DNA of 63,237 bases, the filler included, from Rhabdomonas costata (taxonomy: Eukaryota), in assembly GCA_019059605.1 (NCBI GenBank). It is 46 parts of 46 records of this genome, joined end to end, with 100 filler letters (N's around TTAATTAATTAA, not from the genome) between each part and the next. Parts side by side here need not be neighbours in the genome. Positions count along the whole stretch, not along the records: positions 24,788 to 26,064 come from JAHMHO010020933.1; positions 26,165 to 27,441 come from JAHMHO010020934.1; positions 27,542 to 28,818 come from JAHMHO010020935.1; positions 28,919 to 30,195 come from JAHMHO010020936.1; positions 30,296 to 31,572 come from JAHMHO010020937.1; positions 31,673 to 32,949 come from JAHMHO010020938.1; positions 33,050 to 34,327 come from JAHMHO010020939.1; positions 34,428 to 35,704 come from JAHMHO010020940.1; 38 more parts are not named here. One strand, 5' to 3'. Position 1 is the stretch's first letter, and each line of letters starts with the position of its first letter. The position numbers and the translations under genes are program-made. The notes under the pieces are model-generated. The model was not told where the DNA came from. It did not search any database and saw only the letters and a program-made list of their open reading frames with translations. This document shows positions 25,749-39,472 of the stretch, one piece after another.

Positions 25749-26164
25749 GTATAACCGTCCTGTGCCTGTATCTCCGTTTATATCGTGGAGCTTTTTTGTG
25801 CTGCTGGGTACCACTCTCTTCAGCGAGAAATGAGCGTTGCAATATCAGTGCAGATCAACGTGATCACACAGAAGCGTTTTACGGCTAGTGCGGGATGTGG
25901 TTTCTCATGCAAAAGTGTTGCTCTATGAGATGTTTCGACTGCGAAAGGGTTGCTGTAACTTATATTCCCGTTCTTGCGGTGTTTCGATCACTTGTCTAGA
26001 CCCTTGCACCCTCCATCCAGAAACGCACTACCTTACCCCCCCAACACCCACACACACCCAACACNNNNNNNNNNNNNNNNNNNNNNNNNNNNNNNNNNNN
26101 NNNNNNNNTTAATTAATTAANNNNNNNNNNNNNNNNNNNNNNNNNNNNNNNNNNNNNNNNNNNN

Positions 26165-26355
26165 TCAGTCTCGTCAGCGAAAGCACTGCAGATGGGGGAC
26201 CACATCAGGCGCAGAAGATGATTGATCTTCTGCGCCCCCAAGCAATAGCGTAACAAACTCAGTGCAACCTGAGAATCAGGGAACTTTGCCAGTCGCTGCA
26301 GTAATGCATGATGTTTGGACCGAACCTCGGTGAGGAATTGGGAGAGGGCTTGAAA
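26165..26355 (-). mobile_element. Fragment of a non-LTR retrotransposon ORF (CRE/SLACS-like post-RT region)
   Basis: LQRLAKFPDSQVALSLLRYCLGAQKINHLLRL fits the QxAxxLLRxC...KxxHLLR motif found after the RT in CRE-clade elements. Confidence 0.6.
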
Positions 26356-26550
26356 TGCATTTTTTTGCAATATTTTTTTCTATATAATTTCGCATAAATT
26401 TGCCTCGCAGATTTTGGTCGGCCAGTTGCATATTTCGCCCCCCCCCCCCCTGGATCGGGGGGGAGATTTTCAAAATCTCCAGCAATTGGCTTTCATTGGC
26501 CTATTTATTCTTCCATCTTTTAATATCGACAATTTTTCGTGCTCTTTACA

Positions 26551-27396
26551 GCTTGGATTCTACTGCTGTCTGCGGTGGGACTATCTGCTGCCATGCGGAT
26601 GATCGCAAAGCTTTGGGGCCTTGGGGAGGGTGGTGGATTTCGCCCCTCGACCCTTGCCCACTGTGTGCTCTTGCTTCTCATCCTTTGGGCGTTCTCCGCG
26701 AAGTGGCTGGCCCAGCTCCCAGACAAGGTTCCTGCGCTGACGGCGACTGGCAAGTTTGAGCCTCGTTCCCCGGTTGGCAATGCCTCCGCTGTGCTCAGGC
26801 ATTTCAATTTCCTATTGCCTACTGCTTTGGTTTTGCTTCGAAGAAAGCACAGTGGTTCGACAAAGAAGAAAAGAAAAGAAAATTTTGTGTACATGATTTG
26901 GTCTACACCAGTCACCACCCCTGCTGCGCAGGATCAGCGTATACGATGTCGTTTTGGGTATTTGGGAATTTACAAAAAAACAAAGCTGGTGTGGGAGCAC
27001 GTTCTTCAGGACCACAAGAGGCAAAGTGCAAAATTTCCTGATTCATCGTATTTGTCATGCATTGAATCTTATTTGCGTATTTATCGTGATCTTGGTGATT
27101 AATCCTGACCCAAAGGATAAAAAGTGCCGCCGTGACTGGTGCCCGAGTTCTTACGATGGCACTTACAATTCCTCATCCTTGCCTCAGGCGGGTGACGTCA
27201 TTTCCGGGCCTGGCCACACCCCCGAACTCCCCTCTGTCGCCTCCCACCTGCGGGCTATCTGCTCCCAGCGACGCTGTGGCCCCAATTCCTTCCGCTGACG
27301 TCCTACCGGAGCATATCCTGCGGGTGGTGGAGCTCCGCAGGGCTAAGGGGTGGACTTGGGTGGGAATTCATGACGACGTCTCTGTCGAACACAAGG
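26551..27396 (+). CDS. Putative spliced membrane protein, possibly entering a START-like domain
   Basis: A hydrophobic exon is followed by an exon ending KGWTWVGIHDDVSVEHK|GT. The family call is weak. Confidence 0.25.
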
Positions 27397-30300
27397 TCCC
27401 GCTTCGAATTCATGTTTTCTTGAAAAACCAGAAAATCCTTTNNNNNNNNNNNNNNNNNNNNNNNNNNNNNNNNNNNNNNNNNNNNTTAATTAATTAANNN
27501 NNNNNNNNNNNNNNNNNNNNNNNNNNNNNNNNNNNNNNNNNAGACCCGACTGTGCTCCCCAGGGCTGAGGAATAGGAGGAGAGAGAGAGAGGCGTCAATT
27601 GAAGAAAGGAGTGGGGGGGGGGTCAAAGGAAACGGCGAAGTGGATGCGGTGGAAAGAGGGGACTTAACATGCTTTTGCAGAAAAAAAATAGCTACGTTTT
27701 CCCTGTGAAGATATTGCTCAATAGTTTTGCGATGCGATGCCATGCAAAGGTGGCGAGGCAAAGGGGAGCCCAAATCCTTTCTGATTTTCTCTCTCACTGT
27801 AACCCTTCAGCGACGGCGACACAGACCTGCCATCCTTGCGGTGCGGCAGAGCTACAAATGGGCACTCTGGTATCTGCAATGTAAGGCGCACAAGCACACG
27901 TAAGTGCACATCCTCGCATACACCGCAACAGCGGCAAGTGGCAAGCACCCACGCACCCTTCCCAAGTGGCCGAAATGCCGAAGTGCTTTTCGCAAGCGAG
28001 TGACATGGGAAGCATGCAAATGCATCTGCTGTGAAGCATGATAATCACAAAGTTTGCGCACAAGGCAGCTGACGCAAGAAGAAGGGAAAGAAAATGGGTT
28101 CTCCCAGCCCCCCATCCTTCATCCCTTCAATCCCAATTGTCCTAGCAATGCGAAACTGCGCATTTTCCTGCAAAATTAACGTCCCTACACACCTCAGGAA
28201 GAGCAGAAAGCAAACGAGAAGCAGCAGCGGCAGCGCGCACCCTGTGCTTCCAGCACACAAACTCCTCAGGGAGTTGGAAGGAGGTGTCGGACACCTCACC
28301 CCCCTGTGGGGTCTCCGCCGAGGACCCTCCCTTCTTCTTTTTCTTCTTTTTCGGTGCACCGTCGAGTCCATCCGGTACTGCTCACCCCACCCAACCCATA
28401 TAACCTCGGCTACTCACTTTTTCAAATTCAATTTGGGTTATTACGCAACGATTCTTTGAAAAGACGTTGTGGTCAACCACACGACCCCCCCCCCAACCAC
28501 ATCCACCCCGCAACTTCCAGTTTTTTGATGACGTTTGTTGACGCACACATACATCCCCACTCCCGATAAATTGCGCTCTCAAATTACCGCATCTCAAACC
28601 TTCGAGAATCCAGCAACCGCCTGTTTATAAATGTCTTACGGGACAGAACAAAGCCAACAACGCAAACAATTATTGTGTAAACGTGCAAACTAACCTAAAC
28701 CCAAGAATAATGCCAAATCCTGCTAACTTACTTCAAAGAGTTGCTTTGGTTGGTGCCAAGAATAGGGCACAGAGCAATACCAATGCATACCCCCCTTCCC
28801 CGCTCTGAAAACAAACACNNNNNNNNNNNNNNNNNNNNNNNNNNNNNNNNNNNNNNNNNNNNTTAATTAATTAANNNNNNNNNNNNNNNNNNNNNNNNNN
28901 NNNNNNNNNNNNNNNNNNGGGTTTTTTGGCTGAGCTGCTCAGTAGCTCAGGAGCCCCTCGAGATCTCGAGAAGTTTCCTTTCTCTCTGTGGTGGCCGTTT
29001 CTGTTGACTTTCAGGCTTATGGTCTGCGAAGGGATTTCGAATGAGGAGCTGCTGGCGTGCTTTGGTGGAAATCACGAGTTGTTGGAGTGATCTTTCACTT
29101 TCTCCCTCCCTCACTTCCCTCCTTCTCTCAAAAAAAAAGTGTGCACTGTTGGCGACAATGGTGGAAACATCGTGCTGTGATTTTAAATTCAGAACTTTAA
29201 ATTGAGATTGACTCGATCGTCCTGAGTCCCTGAGCAGCATTTAATTCAGACACAAGCGAAAGTGAGTGAAGTCGGATCCACAGGGGGGGGGCTATACTAC
29301 TGTATGTTCTAGAACCACAACTTGTTTGCTTGTTTAATCCACCTCGTACCCGTGGCCCATCGGTAAAATGGTATTGGGGATTGATGCTTTAATTTGCCCC
29401 ATATTCTTCTGGTTGTTTTCTTGCAGTAGCTTCGTAATTCCTTCCTTGTGAACAAGGTCATCAATTCAAAAGGGTTGCCGTGCCTCCCCATTTGAATGCA
29501 ACTGCCCCATCGATACGGAGGTAAAGGTAGATATTTCTAATTCAATGTCACCCGATTGTTCTTAATGGGGATGACAACGCGCCACCGCCCGAATTGGAGT
29601 GATATTATGCACAGTCAGTTCCCTGCGACATCAGGTTGGTGGGCTAACTCACATCGGTATCACATGCGGCGCAGCCCAGTCATAACCTCAGGAGAATACG
29701 GATCCGGTTGTCGCCAAATGAATATGGTTGGTGCAGTTCGACGAAGACGTTTTATTTTTAATATAATTGACCTTTTTAGTATCTGCTCATTCTAATGGAA
29801 TAGCCGCACATGTGGGAAATTGTCTGATTTGGAGAGCTTTTATCTGCATTTTTTTGGTGCTGAAATGCGGTGGTTTGCGGGGTGGTTTCCGTTCCAAGTG
29901 CTATTTTGAGTACATACCGCGCCATCATAAGAACAAAAAGCCGATCGTGTGTACCGATATCGCATTTTGTCGGCTGGACAATGCACTCGGTGCTCGATGA
30001 ATTTTGTCATTGCGAGGAGCAGCTTTCATTTGGAATTCGTGTGTGTATGTGTGTGTGTGTGTGTGTGTGCTTGTTTTATATGGGAGAATGTTGATCGTGG
30101 CAAGCAACCCTATTATCACGAAGCAGCCTTTTAAAATCTAGGTGAGCTTTTCCGTTTCTTTTCCTTCTGCCACTTTGCTTCTCTGCCCCACACCCNNNNN
30201 NNNNNNNNNNNNNNNNNNNNNNNNNNNNNNNNNNNNNNNTTAATTAATTAANNNNNNNNNNNNNNNNNNNNNNNNNNNNNNNNNNNNNNNNNNNNGGGGT

Positions 30301-30599
30301 TTGTGCAATTGAAGTGGGGAAGCGTGGTGGGGTGGGGGTTCCATCAGAAGTTTTGGATGTTCAGCTCTCAGCCAGTTGCATTCTTCATTCCATCTTTACC
30401 CACCCCCGCATAAACCCAAATCAAAAAGCAATAATTCAGATTCATCTCACGTGCATCGCCTCTACCTACTGCAAGCGCCGTAACCGCATCTTTAATTTGC
30501 ATTAGCAACACTTTTTCATGTTTCCGACGTAATCGTTGCTTGCAACGGCAAATTTTTCCTTTATCTTTTTCCAGCACATGTGATGGCAGTCACCAGTAG

Positions 30600-30983
30600 A
30601 TGGTGATGATGTTTGGGAGTAGGCTTCAATGCCTTTTGCTCCTTTTTCTGGTTTCGGTTGAATATCGTGTCTGCGCTGTTACGTGGCTGCCTGGTGGTGG
30701 CACCAGCCTGGCATTTACCAACCATGTGTCCTCCGGAGTGGTGCTGAATTTCACGCAGCTGTGTGGTGTGGTGAACTATTCCATGGAGGCGTGGGTGTAC
30801 AGCATGTCGAGTGTCTCGTTTCCATCGGCTCTGACGTTTGCCGCGGTGGATGATTTGGAGTACTGGAGCATAGCCTTTGGGGACTTCGTGTTCTTATTTC
30901 TGAACAAGGCCACAGATATTTTTATCTTTGAGCCCGGCTTTGTTGGGTGGCGGCATGTGGCGATGACGTTGTCGGACGGCGAG
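30600..30983 (+). CDS. Secreted LamG/ConA-like (pentraxin-like) domain protein, first exon
   Basis: Signal-peptide-like N-terminus, YSMEAWV and GWRHVAMT motifs, GT donor at 30984. Confidence 0.7.
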
Positions 30984-33900
30984 GTGTGTGTGCGTGTGTT
31001 TAAGTGTGTGCGCTGAAGTCTCTTTTATGCAGTGCTGAGTTATTGTGTGGGGTCTTGAGAGCCTATGTACATATTCCGGTTATCAACTGCCCACCACACA
31101 AACACACCAGCATCCTGCAACAAACATTCTTGACCAGGATCACATTTATCAGCGTTCGCTACACCACCACGCTTCGCAGTAGCAGCGCTTCCGCAGCGGC
31201 ACCATCTCCTTCATCAACTGTTCCAGCTCTTTAGGCGCCTTGAATGGTTCCGGTATACCTGCTCTTGCCTTCCTTCTCATCCAAATCTGCTACCACAGCC
31301 GAGTCCAGGAGAAACCACTGCCGTGCAAAGGAGTGCTCAGCTTGCAGAGGCCTCAGTGGGCAATGCCACCTCACCCGCAGCTACTGCCACATATATTGTG
31401 CTTTAGTGACGCCAGGCGACGTGAGCTGCATCAGCACTCTCAGCATCAGCACCGCCATCAGCCTCAGCTGCATCGGAAGTCCCATGCTCACTCCAGAGTA
31501 CACCAGCACTGTCGGTTGCACCTCCAGCACCGCAGCCAACCGCTGCCGCGCAGCACCCCGGCAAAGCAAGTGNNNNNNNNNNNNNNNNNNNNNNNNNNNN
31601 NNNNNNNNNNNNNNNNTTAATTAATTAANNNNNNNNNNNNNNNNNNNNNNNNNNNNNNNNNNNNNNNNNNNNACACACTATTGTAATAAGACCTTGACTG
31701 TGAACCACCACACACAACCATTGGCGTGTTGGCGCATAGCGCTCTGGCTGTTGGTGACCGTGCGCACGTGCTGTTGACCACGGGTATTCGCCAGAGTTAT
31801 GACTTCGGTACCGTGGGGAACCGGCGAGCGTTCAAGATGCGGTAACGTCCTATCTGGCACGAGAGTGTGTGTAATGGTGCTGTCCCATTGCTACGGCATC
31901 CCGCCCATTCCCGCGTAAAGCAGGGGCACAACTTCACTCCAGACCACGGCCACGGCCACCGCTCACTCCCCACCCCCTTCTCACAACAAATTCCCAAAAG
32001 GAACACACACAAATACATCACCAGAACAGACCGCATGCAAAAGAAAAACCAGCAAAGAGACTGAAAGACAGAAAGGAGAGAGCAGCAAAGAGAGGGCCAG
32101 GTGGGCAACAGGCCTTGGAATCGCGCGTAGCACGTGAACTCGCCCGTCATCCCTTCGGGGCAACACACCACCGAGATCAGCCCATAAGGGACTGATCCCG
32201 CCCCGCACGGCACGTCGAGCCGGGAGGGGGGTACCACCCGCTCATCGGGAGATTCCCTCCTCAAGCTACGCGCAGAAACCTCCCCCAAGTCCCCATGTAA
32301 AAAAAAGCAAGTTTGGCCCTGTCCCGACCGAAGCACCACTGGACAGCGTTTTTTTCTTTTGTGCGTTCGCCCCTCTGTTCGTTGGTTCCTTTCCTCTCGA
32401 AGGTCACAATACCCAGGAATGGCAGGGGCCTCAGGCAGGAACTGTCAGCGCAGGCACGGAGGAAAATGCAGCGGCAGCTATTTTAGGGTTGTTTTAGGAT
32501 TGTCACTATTGACTTCGCACTACTTTTCCGGGGACGGGGGGTTACGCAATCACATCAAACTAAACCCTCCCCTGCCTCGGGGCTGAAGCCGAAGTGTTGG
32601 GATGCCTTCTGGTACAACACACGAAACAAAGAGGCTGCAATGTCGTGCTTGCACCCGCAGGTAGTGGCAAATGCTTGAGTTGAACCAAGCAGAGGGGCAC
32701 TACAGGGCACTGTCGCTCATTCATTAATACAAGTTGATCCAAGAGCCGCAGAGCTGTCGCGCAAAGCCAAGGACCCAAACAGAACAAAGCCACCATCGCC
32801 GAAACAAAAGTAGAAGCGCCACATGCACGGAGACAGTGAGGAAGGGACATAGATAGGCCGGGCGAGGGCGAGCACCTGAAGACCAACGCGGCGGGAGGCC
32901 GAGCAAAGGCAGCTTTGCGGGCGGCAGCCGTGAGAAGACCCCACCACAANNNNNNNNNNNNNNNNNNNNNNNNNNNNNNNNNNNNNNNNNNNNTTAATTA
33001 ATTAANNNNNNNNNNNNNNNNNNNNNNNNNNNNNNNNNNNNNNNNNNNNGTGGTTTTGGAAATTTTAGGATGCCACGACGATGAGAGACCACAACATTGG
33101 CAATGGGGCATAAATGAAAAAGAAAACTTTACTAAACAGGCCCAGAAAGAAGACGAAACAACCCCACGACAGTCACAGCAAACAACCGTCACGGATGCAG
33201 CAGAGCAGAGAAAGGAAGGGATCGGCCGAGGGGTTAGGATGACTTGCACCTGCTCGGGGGGTCTGAGGGGGCGGAGCCCCCCCCCCAGCAACGTTCCTAG
33301 GGTTAGGGAGTGATGCCTCTGTCTCTTCTACATCATTTCGTTACTAATCTCCATCCGAGACGGTCACCTCTTGTGATGATTGCTGCTGTTAATGATCCTA
33401 TGCCAGATAAACAAACGTTTGCATTAAACATTCATTTACTTGATACTCCGCCACAAACTTCATTGCTGTGCATCGCAGCTGGCACCGCTTCCATTTTTTT
33501 CCGTTTCAAAAAAGCCAAACTGCGAGGTTCAAGGAGTCACCCTTTGGTCAAAGGGGAGGCAACATTGCTTTTGTAGTATCTGGACATTTGAGCATAAAAT
33601 GCAACCATGAAACATGCTTGTGTGTGTCTGCATGCAAAGTTTTCGGTTTCATGGCATTCGACAATGCCATTTAATAAGGGCGCCAAAGTTAGAAAAGTAA
33701 GCTGCAGGCGAGTCTCACGTGCATCCAATAAAGAGCAGAGAGCAACGGATTGATTGCAAAGGAAGAGCAGGCGGTCCACGAAACGAGCAATCAGTAACAC
33801 AGCCTCAACGTTGCTTGTAAATTAAGAATGCAGTTATGGGTCAGCATGTGAGGTCAACATTTCAGCACACTCAAACACCACAAGGTGGGATTACAGATCA

Positions 33901-34474
33901 AAGCGTGCTGAGTAGGTTGAGAGAGACAAAAGGCCAGTATAGACATTCAGAAGACTCCGATATCTAGCCTGTTTGCAAGTGTCACTGCCATGGGAATGAG
34001 GAAAGGGTTCGCCATCCGGCGTCCGCCTACTCCAGGCCACACTGTCTTCTGGCAGAGAGCCAAATCTTCTTCTCCAGCTGGTAAATCTTGTGCTTACCCT
34101 CCATGGGTAGCGAGACAACCAGCAGAACAGGGCTTCGGCAAATGAACACGAACTCTGACTCGCTCTCCTGCTCCTGCAAAAAGAAAAGGGCAAGACTTAT
34201 CCAGGTGGTGTGCGATGGTGCGGTTGTCTGTGCATACTAAACGACAGAGTAAACACCCGCCGGGTGATCATTGGAAAGCATGCACGCGTCGAGCTCAAAG
34301 CAGTGCTCTCTCCAGATGACTCGCTCCNNNNNNNNNNNNNNNNNNNNNNNNNNNNNNNNNNNNNNNNNNNNTTAATTAATTAANNNNNNNNNNNNNNNNN
34401 NNNNNNNNNNNNNNNNNNNNNNNNNNNTATCCTTGATGTTTCTGAATGACAAAATAAAGTGACAACGTGGTTCG

Positions 34475-35596
34475 GAAGCTGTTGGCGTTCTCTCCGGAAG
34501 CACGGTGCTCTGCGGCGGAGGCGCTGCGCCACCCATATCTCAGCGAGTGGCTGGACGAGTCGGACATTGTGAGTGCCTATCACCTCTTCTCTCTCGCTGC
34601 TTGCTGCTTGTGGTTGTGCTGGAGTTCGAGACTTCTCCACCTTCAGCTATGAGGAAGGAAGCGTCTTCTTGTCCAGGCCATTAAACTTTGGCAAAATATG
34701 CACTTCTTCTTTATTGAAGAATACCGAGAACGTAGCGCATGTAATCGTGACCCCTGTGTTTTACCTGTATGCAGTTTAAGTCAATGAATGGTCCTTGTAT
34801 CCTTGATGTTTCTGAATGACAAAATAAAGTGACAACGTGGTTCGCCCGGCCATTTTCCCCTCCTCCAAATGGAGTGTTACGTTACTGACCCCGTTCCCTA
34901 CCACCTTTGTGCACTGTTTCGCTGCGTGAGCAACGTGAGATGAGGATGTAGTAAGAGACTAACAGCTTTAATGGCAGCTGTGGTGGTTTTTAATTCTCAT
35001 GCTTTTATGTTCTGAATGGTGCGTTTAACATATTTGTATAAAATGTGGGCCCATCGTTGATCGTTGAGTTTTGATTTAGTTGATTCTATGGTGTTCAGGC
35101 AAAAGTCGGGCGAATCAGCCTTGGCCTGGAGGCGATCACCAATGTGCAGGATATGCAGCGTATGACTTGGTACTTTGCTGTGTTGTTGATAATTGCGGAT
35201 ACGCAACGACTTTGTTGTTTTGCAGCGAAAGCAGTGTAGACTTTGCCAGTATCCACACCTTTTTTGCATTGCCGAATCCTCTTCGTTGCTTTGGTACTGG
35301 AATAACCCCTGTTCTCAGGTGAGCTGCAGCGTGAGCTGCACAGCCAGCACGAGTCTCCTCACGTCGACGAGTCGGCACAAGCCGAACCAAACCCAGTGAG
35401 TGACTGAAAGTCAGTGCTTTGGATCGCACTCCTTTTTTGTAACTAGGCATTAGGTATTCGCAACTGATTTCTCGATTTCGCTTTGCAGGTTGGTGTTGTG
35501 GCTGAGTCTCAGCAGAATACGTTCTTGTGGGGAGATTTACGAGATTCAAAAAGGAGCGCACTTTTGTGCAGTGATGAGGTGGGCTCGAAGAGTTGA
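34475..35596 (+). CDS. MAP kinase (CMGC) C-terminal exons 34475-34568, 35099-35159, 35319-35395, 35489-35596
   Basis: KLLAFSPEARCSAAEALRHPYLSEWLDESD is kinase subdomain XI plus a CD-like motif. Three GT-AG introns join in frame to a stop. Confidence 0.8.
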
Positions 35597-37248
35597 ATAT
35601 CTTTGCAAATCCGCAGCGACAAACCACTTATACTCTAAGGTACTTGAAGGTTTCCCTGCTGGCCTGCCCTTGATTACGGCCAATACCGATGCATCACAAA
35701 AACANNNNNNNNNNNNNNNNNNNNNNNNNNNNNNNNNNNNNNNNNNNNTTAATTAATTAANNNNNNNNNNNNNNNNNNNNNNNNNNNNNNNNNNNNNNNN
35801 NNNNAACCCTTTTCCCCCGCCCGACCTCCTCACTGAAACCTACTCATGTTCACCGTGTCCACCGTGTCACAGCTGCGGGGAGTGCGGCGGGGTGTGTGCC
35901 TTGCATGTTGTAAGCGATGCCCTATCATAACGGTGACATCTTGAAACTCGGGGTTTTGACGAGTTTCCACCAGTTGAATTCCTGGGAACTGTGAATCATA
36001 TGACGATGGACGTCCATCTGCGCACAGGGTTTTTTACATTCGTAATAGTGTTGTGCACGGCTGAAACGCATGGGTGTTCAGTTTGCGGTGTCACCCATCT
36101 TGCGAAAAACGCTCTTGAACTAATATGGGGTTTTGGTGGAAAGGGTGGAACCGCCTTTTAACTCTGCACGATTGTTGGGGGAAGGGGGAGCACACCCCTC
36201 TCTTCTCGGTTGCTGGGCAGAGGATATGCTTGGGAAACTTCTTCTTTGACTTCTCTGCGCAACTTCCCTCTCGTCTATGGCCCCTCTCCAATGCTCTCTT
36301 TTGCTCCCAGCGGGCACGCATACCTGCAGATGTAACTTCAATACTTGGGCTAGTCTAGTGCCCCGCCAATAAAAAGCCGAAGGGAACCTCATCCCACCTA
36401 CCCATTCCGCAGGGAGACAGCTGTCTGGGCTGTGACGGGGTGGCGGGATCCAACATGGCATACGACATCTGCTGGGTGTGCGGAGGCAATGGGACATGCA
36501 TTCTACCCGCGCCCGGGACAACCTGCCCGGCTTTGTGGACAGGTCTCCCACGTTCACACACGCGCACACAATTCTTTCCCCAAAGATGCGTTTGAGGAAA
36601 AACGAGAAGGCCCCACGACGGATCTTCGGAGATGCGAACGGCAATGAAGCAGCGCAGGGTAGCTGGAAAACGGAGGCTGCGCGACAAACGAGTCAGAGAA
36701 CAATTCTGGCTCACCTCAACTATGAGAACGACGGTTTCCAGCAGCATTCGTTACCAAGTTTCGGAGCATGGGCTGGAAATACTAGCGTTGGAAGAGACGA
36801 TTGGACCATTGGACATTGGATCCAAGGGCTTTTGGCAGTGTTGAATTCGATCCGGTGCTGGAACCCAAACACAGGCAAGAGATCGATGGGGTTAGAGGGA
36901 GGCCTTCGAATGTGGAACGCACTGTGGTGAGCCGATACACCACGGCACCTCGAGCTCCGAAGAGAGCTTCCGAGAACACCTGTGGCCAACAGCTTGCGCT
37001 TGCGCCTGTCAGTCAATAGCAGTCACACGCACACACGCACACGCACACACCAACTACGTTGCCCTTTGAACCCCAAACACCNNNNNNNNNNNNNNNNNNN
37101 NNNNNNNNNNNNNNNNNNNNNNNNNTTAATTAATTAANNNNNNNNNNNNNNNNNNNNNNNNNNNNNNNNNNNNNNNNNNNNGTTTTTGTGGATAGTATGG
37201 GTGGTTCGGTAGGGTTGCCCTTTTTTTTAAGGGCGGGGGCTGACTTAG

Positions 37249-38192
37249 ATTCACTACGGGCTGATGTTCACGGCGCTCATGATGCTCTCTCTGGGCGGGA
37301 TGTCCATGATTCCCACGACGATGGATTCGCGCAAGGTGCTGTACAAGCAGCTCGACGCCGCGTTCTTCCCCGCGTCGGCCTTCACGGTGGCCTACGACTT
37401 AGTGCAGGCACGGAGGGGCTCTCTTGTTGGGTGGTTGGTTTTGGTCGTGTTGTGATTCGGTATAGAAAGGACCTACCATTCGGCTTTCACCCGCCCATTC
37501 AGGCCAGGCTATCCCTGCTTCGTCAATGATGCAAGCATTTACGACCTCCCTCTTCGACACTTAACGCTACGCAAATAGTTTTTCAATTTTTAAGTGGCGG
37601 TAATTTTTCCAGCCTTCCTCTTTTCCATTGCGAGGACGTTGGTGCAAAATAACGTGTTGAACGCTGAAAGCCACAAGCTGCCGCGGTGAGAATATCTCTG
37701 TTTTGGAGGCTGTTTAGAGGCAATGGCTTCTCGAAGTGATGCACGGGAGGTACTGGTCCCGTGCGTTACTAAATGGTTCGGGCTGCAGAATGATTTGGTA
37801 ACAGTGATGGCGGTGGTGATGCCGTCGTTCATGTAGAAGCCGTGGAGCTTGCGCTAGGCGGATGGTCAGTGGACGGAAAGAATGTCTGCACTCTGCGAAC
37901 AGCTCTGCAAAGTGAGTCATGCTGGATTATGCGTGGTTGTACGGGGTTGCCACTTTGCAGGGTCTTGTTGGCCTGAGTGAGACGTGTTCCTCATTTTCGT
38001 GCCTGACCGCAGGTCCCCGTGGTGCTTTGTGAGGTCATTTTGTACGGCACGCTGACCTACTGGCTGTCCGGGCTGGCGCCAGAGGTGGGGCGGTACTTCT
38101 TCTTTATGCTGGTTTGCTTCCTGACCAGCATGACGATGTCGGGCTTCTTCCGCGTCATCGCGGTTACCATGCGCAGCCCTACCGAAGCCCAG
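37249..38192 (+). CDS. ABCG/PDR transporter membrane domain; exons 37249-37407 and 38013-38192
   Basis: RKVLYKQLDAAFFPASAF...LVQ|VPVVLCEVILYGTLTYWLSGLAPEVGRYFFFML is the ABC2 membrane pattern. Confidence 0.9.
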
Positions 38193-39433
38193 GTGCGGCA
38201 GATCTCATGGGAATTTCTCACTCTCTTCCCCCTCATTTTCACCCCTATTCACCCCCCGCACCTCGCACACTCTCCTTGCAGAGCCCACAGTCTCACAAAA
38301 ACCAGACCACGAGCCCTTACCTTCCCAGAGTTGAAGAACGTCCTAGGTAGGCGTACAGTCTGCAGCTGGATGTCGGTACGGTGCTAGCTGATGGTGACCA
38401 CTCCGCCGGTCCTGGAGATCAGTCAGCTGCTCAGATTAGAGTTGGCCTCCCACCACCACNNNNNNNNNNNNNNNNNNNNNNNNNNNNNNNNNNNNNNNNN
38501 NNNTTAATTAATTAANNNNNNNNNNNNNNNNNNNNNNNNNNNNNNNNNNNNNNNNNNNNGGGGTTGTGTCCGAAATTCCAGTTAAACGCCATTGAACTCC
38601 GTCTTAACAGCAACGCACACACTGCCCTAAAGGGTTCGTTTCAACTTGACAAGCTATGTTTCCCAGGGAAGCAAAACTTCTGTTGGGGATGTCTAGGGAC
38701 AGCTCCCGCTGAGGAATAAAGCAGGATTGCCACACCCCATTTGAACAACACCGCACAGCCCAACGGCGAGAACCTGTGGGATACACGGGACTGTCGGGTG
38801 GGGGAGGGGCCCTGAGAATTCCTTCCCTGCATTTTCAGAGTTACAAAGAGAACGAGTTTTTGGGCCTGGGCAAACTATTTCCATTGGGTGGGCCTTCCCA
38901 GTTGGGGACTGTCTGGAAACTGTCACTTCTCCCGCGTTTCTCCCTGTTGACATCACTCATGCCATGCTTTCGGTGTAAATCTGTCTAAAGGCCATTCCCA
39001 AGTGGCGGCGGAATTGCGAGTAAACTATGTTCGGGTGGTGAAAGTGGTGGTGGTGGGGGGTGCAAGCCTTTGCTGCGAAACTTCGCACAGGTCTGGAGCA
39101 GCTCCTTCGTGCACCGCGAGGGGACGCACAGTGTACGGGGGTAGGAGCCACACACCTATTTGAGCGCGCGTGCACACACGCAAATTCTGGCTAACCCAAA
39201 TTCCATGGTTACCCGTACTGCTCTAGTGCTCAGGTCTCTGAGACTCCGCTCTTCTTCTTTTCTTCTTTGGGAGGCTGAAGCCTTCTCTTTTTTTGGACCC
39301 ATGTACCAAGTGCATACACGAACTCCACGGAGGCACAGTGGCGTTGGGCCGGTACCTCGTGGATCCAGTGTTGCCAAGGGGCTCGGGGGGTGAACGTCTT
39401 GGCAGTCAACGAGCTTTATGCACTCAACACACC

Positions 39434-39472
<39 letters not shown>

